Positions 47,701 through 61,429 of a stretch of 64,000 bases of DNA are shown here, piece by piece. The translations under genes were made by a program, and so were the position numbers. The stretch's first letter is position 1. Each line of letters begins with the position of its first letter. Location of the stretch: NCBI GenBank assembly GCA_030704615.1, contig CM060733.1, forward strand, positions 43,400,001 to 43,464,000, in the 5' to 3' direction. The notes below the pieces were generated by a model. The model ran no database searches. It worked only from the letters and a program-made list of their open reading frames with translations, and had not been told where the DNA came from. The stretch comes from Takakia lepidozioides (Eukaryota; Plantae; Bryophyta).

Positions 47701-50700
47701 CGTTGTATTCCCCTTGTGATGCTTAGCGTGTGCAATACGGAGCACTTACGGTGGTTTTACATTGTGACAGCACCGTATGGCAGGACTGGCAGCACTTGAA
47801 ATTGCACAGAAAGTCTCGTACACCTGGCGTGCAATTCGTGACAGCTGGGACCTACATGGGGGTAGGGAGGGCTTGTCAAAATCTGGACGGAAAAGTAAAC
47901 GAAAGGGAGGGAATGGTGGTTCTGCAAGCCGAGGGGGGCAGTGCTCGAGCAAATCTGGCCATTCGGCAAACTGCCGGTCAGTGATCCAGCTTTTGAACAT
48001 GATAATTGCAGCAATTCCTGCTTGGCAAGCCTACTGACTTTGCTGTCCTCTGTTCTTTGTCTAGTTTGCTTCACCTAAACTTCATTACTCCATACTCCAG
48101 TGTCACAAATATATTGTTTCGGGGTGATGTTTTGTACTGTTTTTGCCACAAGAGGTGACAGCAGAAAGCTCTTACACAAGTTCTCATATCTGATTGCATT
48201 GTTCATATTCTTTGATCTTGGTTATGTAGATGGGCAAATAACCCAAAGCATCTGAAACAACTCATGCCAGAGTTCCATGTAGCTTTCCAATTTAAAGAGA
48301 TTTAGTAGAAATGGCTTACCTTCTTTTCTGAGACACAATGCTGGTGCAGTTGTCATGAGGATGACGACGGCCTCAAGGGTCCCATTGTATCTACGTGGCG
48401 TGATGTATACTCTATTGCTGTCAAATGGAGACAAGTGTCAGAACCTTGTGACTCTGTCGTTTGGGTTGACATGCTGAGGTAACAGTTTAGTTTCATTGGA
48501 AGGATGCTTCTAAGTTTAGATTTCTTCTATCTTGGAATCTTAGATTATATCTTCTATCTTAGATTTCTTCTATTACCTAATGTGCACAAGGTCTTGCCAA
48601 TTCTTACAGTTTTGCCAAACCTGCTTGTCGATAACAGCGTACCACAGCTGTTAAGTTAATTGACGAGTTTTGCTAGGTGGAGAGTGCTTTTGCACCTCAG
48701 CCTCCTCTTATACTCACTGAGCTGTAATTCATGATGGGTTGACTCATTCGTGACACTCTGACGGGATCAAATGGTCAGCCTATCCATTCGTAGAATTCTA
48801 AACTGACTCTTTCAGATACAGGTCATTTTCCAGGTCATTTATCTCTGTCCTGTGAATGCAGTGAGAAGGAGTATACTGCAGGGTTTGGATCACACACCCC
48901 CATGATACTAGGGCAGGCCCATGTGGTGCGATATTACCCCAATTTTCCACGGTATGCTTCCTTTCCTAATGGAGAGGATTTTGGAACATAGAGGAGGAGA
49001 GCAGATCAGGTATCTTGAGGCATCTATAAAACTTCTACAAGCAAGCTAGTGGAGACTTTTCCAGTGCATCCTTTGTCAGGAAGTTTAGTTTGAGATTCAA
49101 GTTAACTCCACTTGGTATCAATCAAGACTGGTCCCACCAGGGTCTTAAAGCTCAGCTGCCGGAATTTCTGGGGTCAATTTCCCATCACCTCCATGATACA
49201 CTCTACCTGCCAAACATCTTCTGTCAGGCATGTCAGTTATATTGACATTCTGTGCTTTTGGTCTGTCACTAGTCAACTGTCAACTGTATGACAAAAACTA
49301 ATACACAGACATTCAATAGACACGTTTACTACACTGATTTGAATCTGCTATGTAAGAAGCCGAACATATATGGCTGACATGCTGAGGGTCTATGCAGAGC
49401 ATTTAAAACAGCAAAAGACTTGATACTGGAAAGGCGCCGTGTGAATGATGCCGCCAATCGCATTGTTGATTTATCTGATCCTACCAAATTGAAGGCTGTC
49501 AGTACCTCGCCATCTCAAAACAGCCTGTGTTTGCTAGGCCCTCAGCACCTTTTATGCTTAAAGGTGTCACCTTCATTCTTTCTAGTATGACCTGTAAGAC
49601 ATTGCAGAGGTCCTTGCGGCCATCTGCTAGGAGTTCAATGAGATTCTTGGTGGGCAACATGGCAATCCAGGTTGAACTTGATACCAAAATGGACAAAAGA
49701 CCTATGACCTACAGTGGGAGAACTAGCATCCTGACTGTATTAGGTCATCACCCATCATAAGAAGTATATCTTTTAGTATGCTAAACATGCTCAGAACTTT
49801 TCTGAGAGAAGATGGAGAGTGTCCCCCCAATATGACTCTGGGAGTACTGTTTGGGAAGTGTGACGCGTTACATAGCATGGACATACCAGTAAATTAAGTA
49901 TGTTCGAGGGTGTTGCAAGCCAATGTCTGTGGTGCACAGCTTATGGATGAGGGTATTGATCTAGTCCAGCTTGGATGCCATTTGCTTTTGACTGTGACCA
50001 GGTGGATGCAGCAAGGAACTGTTCTGATCTTTACAAATTAGTTGGGAGAGACTTTTGGGTGGTTACCCCTTGCAATAGCACTGCCAAGCAAGGGTGCGTC
50101 CTCGCAACTCAGACTTGCGTTTCTGTGTATCTCCATAGACCCCTGCTGTCTCCCTCCCATTTTGAGTATGTGCCGTCCTACTAAACTCTACTAAATCCCT
50201 CGATCTGGGTGAGTCGTACTTCATTCACACAAAATGTTAAAGGTGAGGAGCTGGATGGATGAAATGACAACTCGCGCCAACTGGTCATCCAACTGGATGG
50301 ATGAAAAACCGGTGAGTCCAAGGTAGTTAAATGATTCCACCTTAAAAGAGATGAAGTGGATTATAGTGCTACATCGGTTAGGAAGTATCTTACCAGTGGG
50401 CTTCCTTTCTCTTGGCTTCGCCAAACATCTCAATGGCATGTGGAATTTTACAGGAAAGTGTTGGATGGCACACGACTGACCATGCAGAAAATGTAAGTCC
50501 TCAACTCTCTCTTAATTTGCTTCTAACTTCTGATTTCAAGAGGAGGTACTTTGATGTTGGAAAGTGATTTGTGCCTGTTTGCCATCACTGTGGGTCCCCC
50601 AGGATGTTTGATCAGGACGGGTTTTCATGGACAGTTCAGTTGTCTCTGCCATGAGGTAGAGACATGCCTTTAATAGTCAAGTCAGTAATGACGTGCTACA

Positions 50701-53533
50701 AACCTGTCAGGTGGATGGACAGAACTATTTGATATGATCCTCAGGTCCAATACGTCTAGCGAGTATTGTTTGAATTGCTCAACATAGTATCAGAGGCTTT
50801 GTCTGTTATACTGTGTCAACTGTTTTTATGATAACACAGCTGTCTCAAGTGTATGAGTGTCTGAAGTGAAGTCTATCTATGACGTTGTCTTGGATGACAG
50901 GGGTGCAAACGGTTTTGATTTTTCAATACGAACACCAGGCACACCAGCACGGTGGACCGACTATGATGCTGAGATGGCTGCTGCTTGGCAGGTGTGCAGA
51001 ACCTTCGCCTTGCTTATTGTTCTTTTGTAATATGAGTTGACAAGCCAGTATGTTGTTCAACAATCAATCTTTGGGCCTGAGATCCCAGGGTGGGGGAAGA
51101 TGGCAGTTGTATCTCTTAACTTGCTGTGGCAGGTTGAGCACTGAAGGGACATGAGTGGGGATCAGGCACTATGTGATGTGTATTGCAATGAAGAATCTGG
51201 GTCACCTGATGCTGATGAACTGGAGCACGTGCGTGACTGTATTTTGAGGCTGTCATTTTATTGGCAAGTCTCTTTTCCTTCTTTGAACTCAAATCTGTAG
51301 ACTACTGCAAAAGTGTCTCAGCTATGGGAGAATTCTCCAACACTGTTGGTTAGCAACTTTGCAAAAGTCTTCTTGGAAAGGATGGGCCCTACATATGCAA
51401 CCTGATAACCACCAGGGCTGCAGTGGATGGGGCTGCTATACTGAACACTGAAGATCACGTCAGTTTATGTACATTTACAGTTTCCTTGGTGATTTGTGAG
51501 TTTGTGTCAGGCACCTGGAACTGTCATAAAATGAACAGAACAACCTGCCATCAGGGACAGTCATCAGCTTCTGTTAATGGACATACCACACCAGTCCCCA
51601 CATCCAAGTGCATTACAGCTCCTTTTAGCACAGACGTATGGTAACTTATCTTGCCTCCTTGACCCTTCAAGCTGTTGGGAACTCTGGTGACATTGTGACC
51701 AGGCCGGTAGCCAGAAGCCTCTTAATAGCCGAGGAATGTCAGAGGCCCTGAATGGGTGGACTGTTTTCTGGAACTCCAACATAAGCCATACAGTGTATCC
51801 ACATTGATCAGGACTTGCAGTGGTCTCCTATCTCTACGTCTTTTTGTTTCTGACTAAAGCATGGTGGCTTGACTGGTGCTGTGGATTCTGCAGGTACAAT
51901 TTCATGCCGCTTGCAAGGGGAACAGCAGTGGTGGGCTTTGTCACTCTGCTGGGCTTGTTCCTTGCAGCGAACATGATGGTCTCCACTCCCATACCTAAGA
52001 GCCTCCAGGTAAGCCTATTTTTTGTGTGAACTTTCTTTGGCCTGTGTCAATGGCATATAGTCTATCGATGAGTTCTACCATCAGGAAGATTTGTCAATGT
52101 GGATGCCCGTACATGTTGACACCATCAGACAGATCTACCAGGGTTGTAAAGTTACCCTCCATTGCATAAACCATCCGGAACGAATCAATTTTGGCTGATA
52201 GTTAAAGTTTTTTGATAATCTTCTCCGAAGTAGAGACAAGGAGCTCCTTCCTGTAAAGGAGGCGAAGCTGCTAACTCAGTACCCCCACACAGCAGACCCT
52301 ATGGAAAGAAAGTGGCACAACCTGAATTTGAGCAAGGTGAAATATTTAGCTTGAATGTCTGTGGCCCATTGCATTCCGACGGAGGTCAGTGAAGTGATAG
52401 GTCTTTTACTGGACCCTCCTAATGTAGAACCTGCACTTGGATGCTGAGTAAAGGGTGAGCTTTATCATTTGTTCTCTGGGCTCTTAACACTCGGCCCCAA
52501 AGTTTACCTCATTTGAGGTGTAAGGCCTGATTGGACAAAAAAGAGGATAGGCACTTAACACTAGTGGGAATGAGTAGAACCTGTAACCAGCGCATTAAGT
52601 GCCTATGCTTGGGAGTCCTCTGGAATGGGCATCAGCCCAATTTGCTCCTAGCCGGCTAGAATGTGGTGACCTCTATAATGGAAATATGGGGGCTTCACTT
52701 GGCCATCAATTTTATGGCAGCTTCCCTCTCTTGGCCTTCCTCTTCCTTTCCAGCTTTCATTTACATGTACTTTAAGATTTCAATGCTACGCCTCATGTTC
52801 AGGTCAAACATGTTGTCCTTGTAAGATCCTAGAAGCTGCAGTCTGTCGTAGATCCTAGACGTTGAAGAGAGTCCTTTCAACCTCTCATATTTCCAAAATT
52901 CCTGCTCTCTTAATCTCTTCATCGTAAGCCACAAATGTACAAATACATGATGGCCATGAACCAGATGGTTCTGGGAAAACAAAGCAAGGTTTACTACGAT
53001 CCTGACAGCCAATTTGGTGCAAGAAAGAGACAACAGTTTGTCTTTGAGGATATAATGTACTCATGCCGTTCTCTGCGAACGTTAGCTTGACATAGCCTGA
53101 CGGCCATTGACCCAGCTTTGAGAATACAGAAGGCCCAGTGCCACTAACCCCACTGGAATTTTTAACTTTGTGGCTGTTAGGTGCTAGATTAGATGTATAT
53201 TGGACTGCATAAATTTGTCTTGTCATGCCCATCTGCTCTGCCCAATTTAGTTTGGGTAGATATTGGTTGGGTCAAGTGAGGCCCTTAGTGGTAATAGCTC
53301 TCTCTTGTGATACAAATTTATGATTTTTTCCATGTTTTTGGGTTGTCTTGCAGGTTGATTGGGAGGCAATCCTTGCTCCAGACTTGGAGTCATTTATGGG
53401 TGCTATTCGACCTTGGCTGTACCCAGCACTGAAGATGGATACATCATGGCAAAGCTTACCTGATGTGGCTGCCACTTTTGGCACCACGGGTGCTGTCATT
53501 GCTGCCCTTAGCTCCTATGAATGTTCTTCTTGA
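32542..53533 (+). CDS. SRFR1: SUPPRESSOR OF RPS4-RLD 1 / TTC13-like tetratricopeptide repeat protein (>20 exons)
   Basis: Exon peptides include EWSRAIKLL (32542-32669), NRAWCYSKLELHKHVIKDSDKAL (~33896-34005), LTVDIRLSKGIGQ, ALLGRGTAYAF, QAYRRSAKLCS-region/ALECLRKAL, NLECLYLRASCYHALG, FDIDGDLDPLFK, EAWCKRL, WRQVSEPCDSVVWVDML, GFGSHTPMILGQAHVVRYYPNF, GFDFSIRTPGTPARW, YNFMPLARGTA and VDWEAIL...VIAALSSYECSS* (53354-53533). Confidence 0.93.
32673..32706. repeat. (CT)n microsatellite at the start of SRFR1 intron 1
   Basis: Read directly from the sequence. Confidence 0.95.
37640..38900 (-). mobile_element. Intronic decayed LINE pieces (C-terminal zinc-finger region, internally duplicated)
   Basis: LKFKLRVGSLPLN..QRG...CLLCGQPEDYIHCLIHCPGY occurs twice (37889-38074, 38283-38513), plus the shared 3' end. 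Confidence 0.75.
41300..44960 (+). mobile_element. Intronic decayed LINE fragments of the same family (two pieces, ~41300-42020 and ~42600-44960)
   Basis: GVVQGCTLFPLLFNVFI, ALMLEDDLAG and YKYLGIEF RT motifs; shared 3' ends at ~41960 and ~44880. Confidence 0.75.
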
Positions 53534-54119
53534 CTTTTGGTATAATAAGCTCATTCCAAATAAATTACCCCCTCCATACACTAAGGAACTACAGACTTGA
53601 AGGATGCCACTTCACCAAATGTTGTCGCCACATGTTGTCTCTATGAGCAGCAGTTGGAGAGGGCTACCACCATGGTCGGGGTCTTGAGTACCAGATCTAT
53701 GCTGGTACGTAGCCTTTGACATAGCCTTGCGAATAGTGGAATATACTTTCATCCATAATAAATTGGAAATTTCATCCTATTTTTTATTTTTATTTTTTTA
53801 GAGAACAGGTAATAGAAGGCCCTGTTCAATTTTATTGAAAAGAGATAAAACGAGGAAAAAATAACCTCGTTGGGAGGACGAGAAAAGGGACACTGCCCCG
53901 TAACGAAACAAAGGATGCTGCCCGAAGCTATGGAAAAGCAGGTTGTGCAGCTGAGGGGGGCGAAGAAGAAGAAGAGGCTGGAGTCATAAGAACCAAGACA
54001 AGCAACGCCTGGAAGCTGATGACTAGAAAATTTAGACTGAAGCTTAAGGCCTGAAACAGACTAGAAGACTAATGCTTGGAGGAGTCGAATGAAAGGTGAG
54101 CCTTCGATTTGCCCTTCCG

Positions 54120-54538
54120 AAGAGTGCGCTTGTGGCGCCAGTTTACGTCAGAGTCCTCAGGGTCCGCCGAATTGGGAGCACTACGTGAACTGCCAACATG
54201 TCGGGAATTTGTCGTTCCAGATAACTTTGGATTCAGTTGCTCTTGTGCAAAGTCGCCCATTTTTTCCCCAGGAGTTATCAAAGCGAGTGAATAGCTGCAG
54301 TCTCCTTCTCTGTGCACATCTAGCAGTAAAGAGTGCGCTTGTGGCGCCAGTTTACGTCAGAGTCCTCAGGGTCCGCCGAATTGGGAGCACTACGTGAACT
54401 GCCAACATGTCGGGAATTTGTCGTTCCAGATAACTTTGGATTCAGTTGCTCTTGTGCAAAGTCGCCCATTTTTTCCCCAGGAGTTATCAAAGCGAGTGAA
54501 TAGCTGCAGTCTCCTTCTCTGTGCACATCTAGCAGTAA
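54120..54538. repeat. 209-bp direct tandem duplication in the LINE 3' region
   Basis: AGAGTGCGCTTGTGGCGCC...TAGCAGTAA starts at 54121 and again at 54330, apparently identical. Confidence 0.95.
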
Positions 54539-54998
54539 CTGCACGAAGCATACGGCAAGCCTTCCCTGCTTCAGACAATAAGTCTGAGTGAACTCTATGC
54601 AGCACTACCCTGAAACATGTCTGAACCCTGGCAAAGACAAAGGAGCATCTGGACTTCCATAGATTACAAAGGGTGTGGGCTCTTAGAGCTGCCCAGACCA
54701 AGCAAGGGCTCCAGATCGCCCCCCTGTCCATGTTCAATAGCAAAACAGAATTGACAAACGGAAAATCCGAGCGCCATGAAGCATAAAACCTGCCGACTTT
54801 AAATCCACACGAAAGCAGCCCAGGGCATTCGAGCAAGCAATGTTCAATAGACTCCACACAGCCAGAATTGCATAAGGGGCAGAGCTGGTTTGAGCCAGGA
54901 ATAAAGGAGTAAACAGGAAGAATTCGGTTCACGATTTTCCACAAAAACCCACCAACTTTTGCCACTTACCATTCCACTTGGAAGTGAAAAGAACTTTA

Positions 54999-55273
54999 GT
55001 ATTAGGGAAGGGTCGTTCCCAAGGCCCTTCCTGAAGTTGAGAGCACCGGCAATGAGGGCGGAGCCCGAGTTCCGGGTGCTCGAAAATTCAGGAAGGGCCG
55101 TGGGAACGACCCTTCCCCAACGTGAAAAACTGGGAAATTTTTCTTTCCCGCTCCTTGCCCCGCAAATCGGGGGACCCTTCCACACGCGGAAGGTACTTCC
55201 CGTAAATCGGGGGAACCTTGCGGCCAGGGAGGCTCCTTGAATTACAAAGAAAAAAATTTGCCAGTGTTTTACG
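54999..55273. mobile_element. Small non-autonomous foldback element, copy A
   Basis: Interrupts LINE coding sequence; long hairpin at 55005-55117; reverse-complement match to 62166-62480. Confidence 0.8.
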
Positions 55274-57305
55274 GCTTGAGCAAGGTATATCCCAGTTTGA
55301 CCGTGTAAGCGAAAAAGGGTGGATGCTTGGAAGACATCCACTTCCACTCTGCTGGATCAAATTGTAAGACCTTAAGGGAGCAAAAAAGAACCAGGTAAAT
55401 CGCGGTTTGCGATGTAACATATCCACATGGGGGGCTGGATCGCAGTTCCCAGTCTGACGGCAGTAAACTCTAATTGCAAAAAGAGGGGCTTCATCTGTAC
55501 TAGAGAAGACCGGGCTATGAAGCACACCGTCTGCAGCCACATGGAAGAACCAACCATCAAGCATATGGGGGCACATCTAGAAACCGCATAGAAGGCATGA
55601 AGAATTGAACCTGGCCCCACCTCACCTAACCAGGCAGGGAGCGAGCGAAGAGGGGCTGGAAGAGAGCAAATGGAGGTCCAAGTACTGGGAATTTCCTGGA
55701 CTATGTTGTGCCAAGCCATAGCTCTTCTGGCAAAAAGGGCACTGGCCACAGTATGCCGAGGCAAGAACGCTCCCGATTCCCATATGTGCGAAAAATGAGA
55801 GATATTTGCCTGTTCCCATCTTGCCCAACATTCCAGCATGGGAGAAGGAAGTCCGAGTCAGAGCTGTAGTTTCCAAATAAGGGTTCACGAAGAACTTCCT
55901 CCACGGTGGACGGGCAGGTTTGGACAAGAGAGGGGCGAATTCACAAGTCCAGGCAGCCCAAATCGATTGCCAAGATTTGGATCCCAACGGAGAAGATCTT
56001 GAAGAGCGAGAGCCCTGCACGATCCATCTCAGAGACTGCGGCCAGCTACCAGACGATGGACAGGCATCCAGGACATGGCCCCTATCAAGTAAACTCCAGG
56101 GGGAAGACAGATTTGTCAACATCCTTGGGACCCATTTAGCTAATAGAGAGGTTATATGGGCAAGGGGATCAATTATGCCGAGACCAGCAAACTACTTTTT
56201 TTGGGTTATCTGACTCCAGCTAACCAAAGCCGCCCTGCGATTGGGCGAAGACGGGGTGGCTCCCCATAGATAATTCCTGGCCAAGCTTTTAATCTGCTTA
56301 ACGATCACAGAGCCGGGAAACCACACCGAGGCCGTGAACGAACTGGAGGCCAATAGAACTTGATTGACCACCAAGGCTCTTCCTACAATGGAAAGAAACA
56401 AGGAGCTCTAGTGAACAAGTCTACGCTTAAGCTTGGTAACGACAGCCTCGCAACGCTGCTGATCTGAAAGCCTCTGCCCTATTAATTGACCAGAAGGTTG
56501 TGTGCTTGACCCTCTTGAAGCCATCAAAGCACTAAGTCAGATCCCCAGGGATGAGTGTGTTGGAGAATAGCAGTGGGCTTCAATTGCCACTGATTTGGCC
56601 CAATTAACTTTCAATCCAAAAGTAGCACAAAACATATTCAGTGCCTGCAGGAACGATCTGACATTCGCTGATGTGGAATTGTCAATAAGAAGGACCGTGT
56701 CATCTGCATAAAGGGAAGCCTTAATTTTACAAGGGGGAACCAGAGAACGAGGGACCCGAAGGCCATGAATGTTGAAGTTCGATTCCAACGGATGGCCTAG
56801 ACTGTCTGCTGCCAACAAAAAAAATAATGGGACCAGTGGGCAACCCTGCCTGACTGAACAATGCAACGAAAAGGAGGAGGATATGACCCCGTAGAGAAGC
56901 ACCTTGCTTGAGGCATAAGAGAGCAAAATTTTGCTCCAATAAAAGAAACACCCCGAGAAACCCAACTTTTGCAAAGCACCCAGAAGGAAGGTCCAGTCTG
57001 TTAGAATTGAGCAAGAACAAGAACAAGAACTAAAGTCTTAGACTAAAGCTAAAACTAAAGCTCTCATCCCAACCATTGAAGCCACCATCATTCTCTTACT
57101 CTTTGACTAGTGGCTTCACCCCCGAGCTTGTACAAGAAGGTCTCTAGGAAATCCTACTTGGTCACTTCCACTTCCACTATAGTGACCATCCACCTTCTAA
57201 CCATTCACCTTCTAAAGGTGAGTTAAACAAGATAGTCTTTTAGACTTCTAAACCTTTGGCCTTCAAGACTCCTAGTCTTCTAGATATGTTTAATTACTTC
57301 CAACA

Positions 57306-57316
57306 CTCCCACTCAA
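57306..57316 (-). promoter_or_regulatory. Copia polypurine tract
   Basis: TGAGTGGGAG immediately before the 3' LTR on the minus strand. Confidence 0.85.
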
Positions 57317-60300
57317 TTAAACCATGTCATTGAGGTACTTCGTTTGTCTTTGGAGAAGAGACACCAAGTAAGGCTGAACACTTCATGTGTTTTGTTTGTG
57401 GTAGATTCTTCGTCAAAACATCTGCAACCATATCTCTTGTAGCACAATAGATCACCTTGATCTCTCCCTTGCATACAACTTCTCGTATGTAGTGATGTTG
57501 CACTTCAATGTGCTTCGTCCTTGAATGATACTTTGGATACTGACTCAGTGCAATCGCACTTTGATTGTCACAATAGAGAGTCATAGGTAATGATTGGAGA
57601 TGACCCAAATCTCCAAGCAACTTCCGTAACCAAATAGTCTCTTTTGCTGCTTATGTAATGGACATGTACTCAGCTTCTGTTGATGACAACGCTGTTGCAA
57701 CTTGTCGTTTGCTAGACCAAGATACAGCTCCACCTGCTAGGAGAAAACAATGGCCTGAAGTTGATTTTCTACTATCAACGTCTCCTGCCCAGTCAGCATC
57801 AGCAAACCCCAACAAACTTGGATCTTCCACTCTCATATAGAGTAGACCAAATGTTGTTGTTCCTCTTAGATATCGAAATATCTTCTTCACTGCTTTCCAA
57901 TGGGTTTGTCCGGGATTTGAAAGAAATTGTGAGACCACTCCCACTGAATGTGCAATGTCTGGTCTAGTACAAACCATGCAATACATCAAACTGCCGACTG
58001 CACTTTGATAAGGAGTTTTTCTCATATCCTCTTGCTCTTCTTGAGTCTTAGGTGCCATATCCTTCGTAAGTTTCAAACCAACTTCGAGAGGAGTTGATGT
58101 TGGCTTACTCATTTCCAACTTAAACCTTTGTAGAATTGTCTTAATGTATTGTCGTTGATGCATGAATACTATATGATTCACTCGATCTCTGCTAATTTGA
58201 ATACCAAGACAGAACCAAATCTCACCCATGTCAGTCATGGCAAACTCAGCACTCAACAGTGCTTTGGTTTCTGGCAACAACTTTTGACAATCGTTGGTGA
58301 CAATGATTGTGTCATCCACATATAGAGCTATGACCACAAATTGTTCTCCCATTTTTTTCACATAGATGTTTGTGTCAGCAATGCTTCGCTCAAATCTTGT
58401 CTTTAAAAGATAAGCATCGATCTTGGCATACCAAGCTCGAGGACTTTGTTTGAATCCATACAAACTCTTTTGCAGCTTACACACAATATCACTTCCTCCT
58501 TGTGCAAACCCTTCAGGTTGTCTCATATAGATCTCTTCTTGTAGTTCTCCATTTAGAAATGTCGTCTTAACATCCATTTGATGAACTTCGTGATCATGTT
58601 GAGCTGCAAGAGCTAACAACACTCTGATAGAAGAAATCTTCACCACTGGTGAAAATGTTTAATTGTAATCCACTCTTTGAATTTGTGCATAGCCCTCAGC
58701 TACAAGACGAGCTTTGTACCGGTAAATAGATCCATCAGCTTTGTACTTCAACTTGAAGATCCACTTGCAACCAATTATTCTTCGTCCTGCAGGCAACCTA
58801 GTGAGTGTCCATGCTTTATTTTGCATCAATGAATCCAACTCTGAGTTGATTGCTTCTTCCCATTGTAGTTTGTATGGAGAGCGCATCGCTTCCTCATATG
58901 TAGCAGGCTCAACCACTTGTGATGCTTCTTCCATAACTTCAATGGCACTCATAGATGTAATCAGCCTACTAGGAGCTTTTCTTTCCTGCTGAGATCTCTT
59001 TAGAATTGGCACATTGTCAACTTCATCTCTAGAGTCCATATCAATAAATGGTTCACCAACTTCGACTCCTTGATCAACTCCATCAAGTTGAACACCTTCA
59101 CCATTTGCTTCAGCCATCTCTTGTATTGGCTCATCATAAGACTCATCTTGGAAATGGTGTAATGGCTCTAAGCTCATTCCCATGTCATCTTCTCCCACTA
59201 CCAAAGAGGGTATGAAGCCTTCATCAAACACTACGTCCCTACTGTATTTGACAGCCTTAGTTGTCTCATTGAACAACTTATATCCCTTCACACCTTCTGT
59301 GTAGCCAATGAAGATGCATCCTTCTGATTTGGAGTCAAGTTTTCTTCGCTTCTGATTAGGAATATGGACATATGTACGACATCCAAAAATCCTACAATGA
59401 GCCACACTAGGCTTCTGACCACTCCGTACCTCTTCTGGTGTTTTTCCCAACATTGATTTGGTAGGTATTCTATTGTGAAGATATGCTTGCTCCTCCAAGT
59501 GATATGGTTTGCATTGGCCCACACACATCATAATGTATAATCTCCAATATACTTGTCGCTCTTCGTCCACCATCCTTAGGAAATTGACCTCGATGTTGCT
59601 TCCATTCCAAACAACCTTTGCATAGATGCATATCGCTCATCTCCTTCAATGGTAGTCCTTCCACAAGATGACTTGAGAGTTGCATCTGTCTCAACTTCTT
59701 AATGCTCACATGACCTAACCTTCTATGCCACAACTCTGTTTCTGACATGACAGGTGTAGATCCCAACTGTGGTGAAAATGTGATAAGAGCACTAGAGACA
59801 TGATGTTGTAATCTATACAAGCAATTATCAAGAATAGCTCTTGCTACCACAGTTCTTGAGTTATCTGTGATAGTACAACTCTCATCTTGGAATACCACTT
59901 TGTATCCCTTTGCAACAATTTGCCTTACAGACAACAGGTTCTTTGTTAAAGTATGGACATGCATGACATTTTCCACCTCTATGGTTTTCTCTTCATTGAG
60001 CATAAGAGAGACTGAGCCTTCCCCACTAATGGCATGCTTGCTATCATCTCCCAAAAGAACATATTGTGTAGGTGAAAGAGATCTATAGGATAAGAAATGC
60101 TTTCTCTCTAAACTCATATGTTGAGATGTTCCTGAATCAACATACCACACATGCTTCTGGTAATGGCTGAGAGAGACACAACAAATAGAATAGCGTTCCT
60201 CTGATGAGTATGTATGTTCCCTTGACCCTCTTTGTTGCGCTCATCTGCAATGCGTTTTCTACAATCCTTGATCATGTGACCAAGTTTCTTAAAATAAAAG

Positions 60301-61109
60301 CACCTTACTTTGGCCTTTTTGATCTTTGAGCTAGATTAAGGTTTTTGAAACCTCTGGGACTTCTGAGACACATGTGAAGGGAGTCTTTTATTCAAGACTA
60401 CTCCAGTCTTGCTTGTGAACAAAGCTCTGTCTACCTCTGTAAACGTACCTTGACATTTTCTTCTTGTTTCCTCCTTGATGAGAAGTCCTATGACAACATC
60501 AATAGTTAAGTCGGTTTGTCCTGCTAGAGACACCACAAAACCATCATAGGATTCAGGTAAGGTTGCCAATAACACCACTGCGGCGTGTTCATCAGTCACA
60601 TTAGTTCCCACAGAAACTAGTTGATCTCGCAACACACAAAACAAATTCAAATGTTGTTCAACTGAGTATGACTCGGTCATCTTCAGACCATAGAACTTTT
60701 GCGTCGCATACACTTGCGATGTGATATCCTTCGTCTCATATATGCTTGCTAGCTTATCCCAAACATCCTTAGCATCCTTAGCGCTTATAATGAGATGCAA
60801 CTGATTGTCTCTCAAGCTTGTGATGATGCTAGCTCTTGCTTTCTGATCTTTCCTATCCCATATGGCTTGGCCAACAATAGTGTCAGGTATTGGGTCTGAT
60901 CCATCAACCACTCCCCATAGATCTTTGTCTAGAAGGACCATCTCCATCCTAAACTTCCAGGTTTGATAGTTAGCTCCATTGAATCGATCTTCCACTCTCA
61001 CATCTAATGCACTTGTCATAAACATAGAAGAAGGATTGCTAGAAGACAACGCTCCAGCCATAATCAAGTTCTCTCAATCTCAACTACCAACTCTCACCTA
61101 GAGAAAAAT

Positions 61110-61122
61110 GGCTCTGATACCA
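61110..61122 (-). promoter_or_regulatory. Copia primer-binding site (tRNA-iMet)
   Basis: TGGTATCAGAGCC directly after the 5' LTR on the minus strand. Confidence 0.95.
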
Positions 61123-61429
61123 TGTTAGAATTGAGCAAGAACAAGAACAAGAACTAAAGTCTTAGACTAAAGCTAAAACTAAAGCTCTCATCCCAACCAT
61201 TGAAGCCACCATCATTCTCTTACTCTTTGACTAATGGCTTCACCCCCGAGCTTGTATAAGAAGGTCTCTAGGAAATCCTACTTGGTCACTTCCACTTCCA
61301 CTATGGTGACCATCCACCTTCTAACCATTCACCTTCTAAAGGTGAGTTAAACAAGATAGTCTTTTAGACTTCTAAACCTTTGGCCTTCAAGACTCTTAGT
61401 CTTCTAGATATGTTTAATTACTTCCAACA

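Larger units (their letters stand above)
53780..56998 (-). mobile_element. L1/Tx1-like LINE, 3' half
   Basis: VRQGCPLVP, LYADDT, FLSIVGRALVVNQVL, zf-RVT CPLC..ESIEHCLLEC; AATAAA and an A-rich tail on the minus strand at ~53780-53835. Confidence 0.9.
56999..61429 (-). mobile_element. Ty1/copia LTR retrotransposon with integrase core deleted, inserted in the LINE RT
   Basis: 307-bp LTRs (TG...CA) at 56999-57305 and 61123-61429; TSD CAGTC at 56994-56998 and 61430-61434; gag NYQTWKFRM, protease WYVDSG, GAG-pre-integrase LWHRRLGH, RT YKARLVA/QMDVKT/LYVDD, RNase H ADWAG/SSTEAEY/HIEVQHH. Confidence 0.98.
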
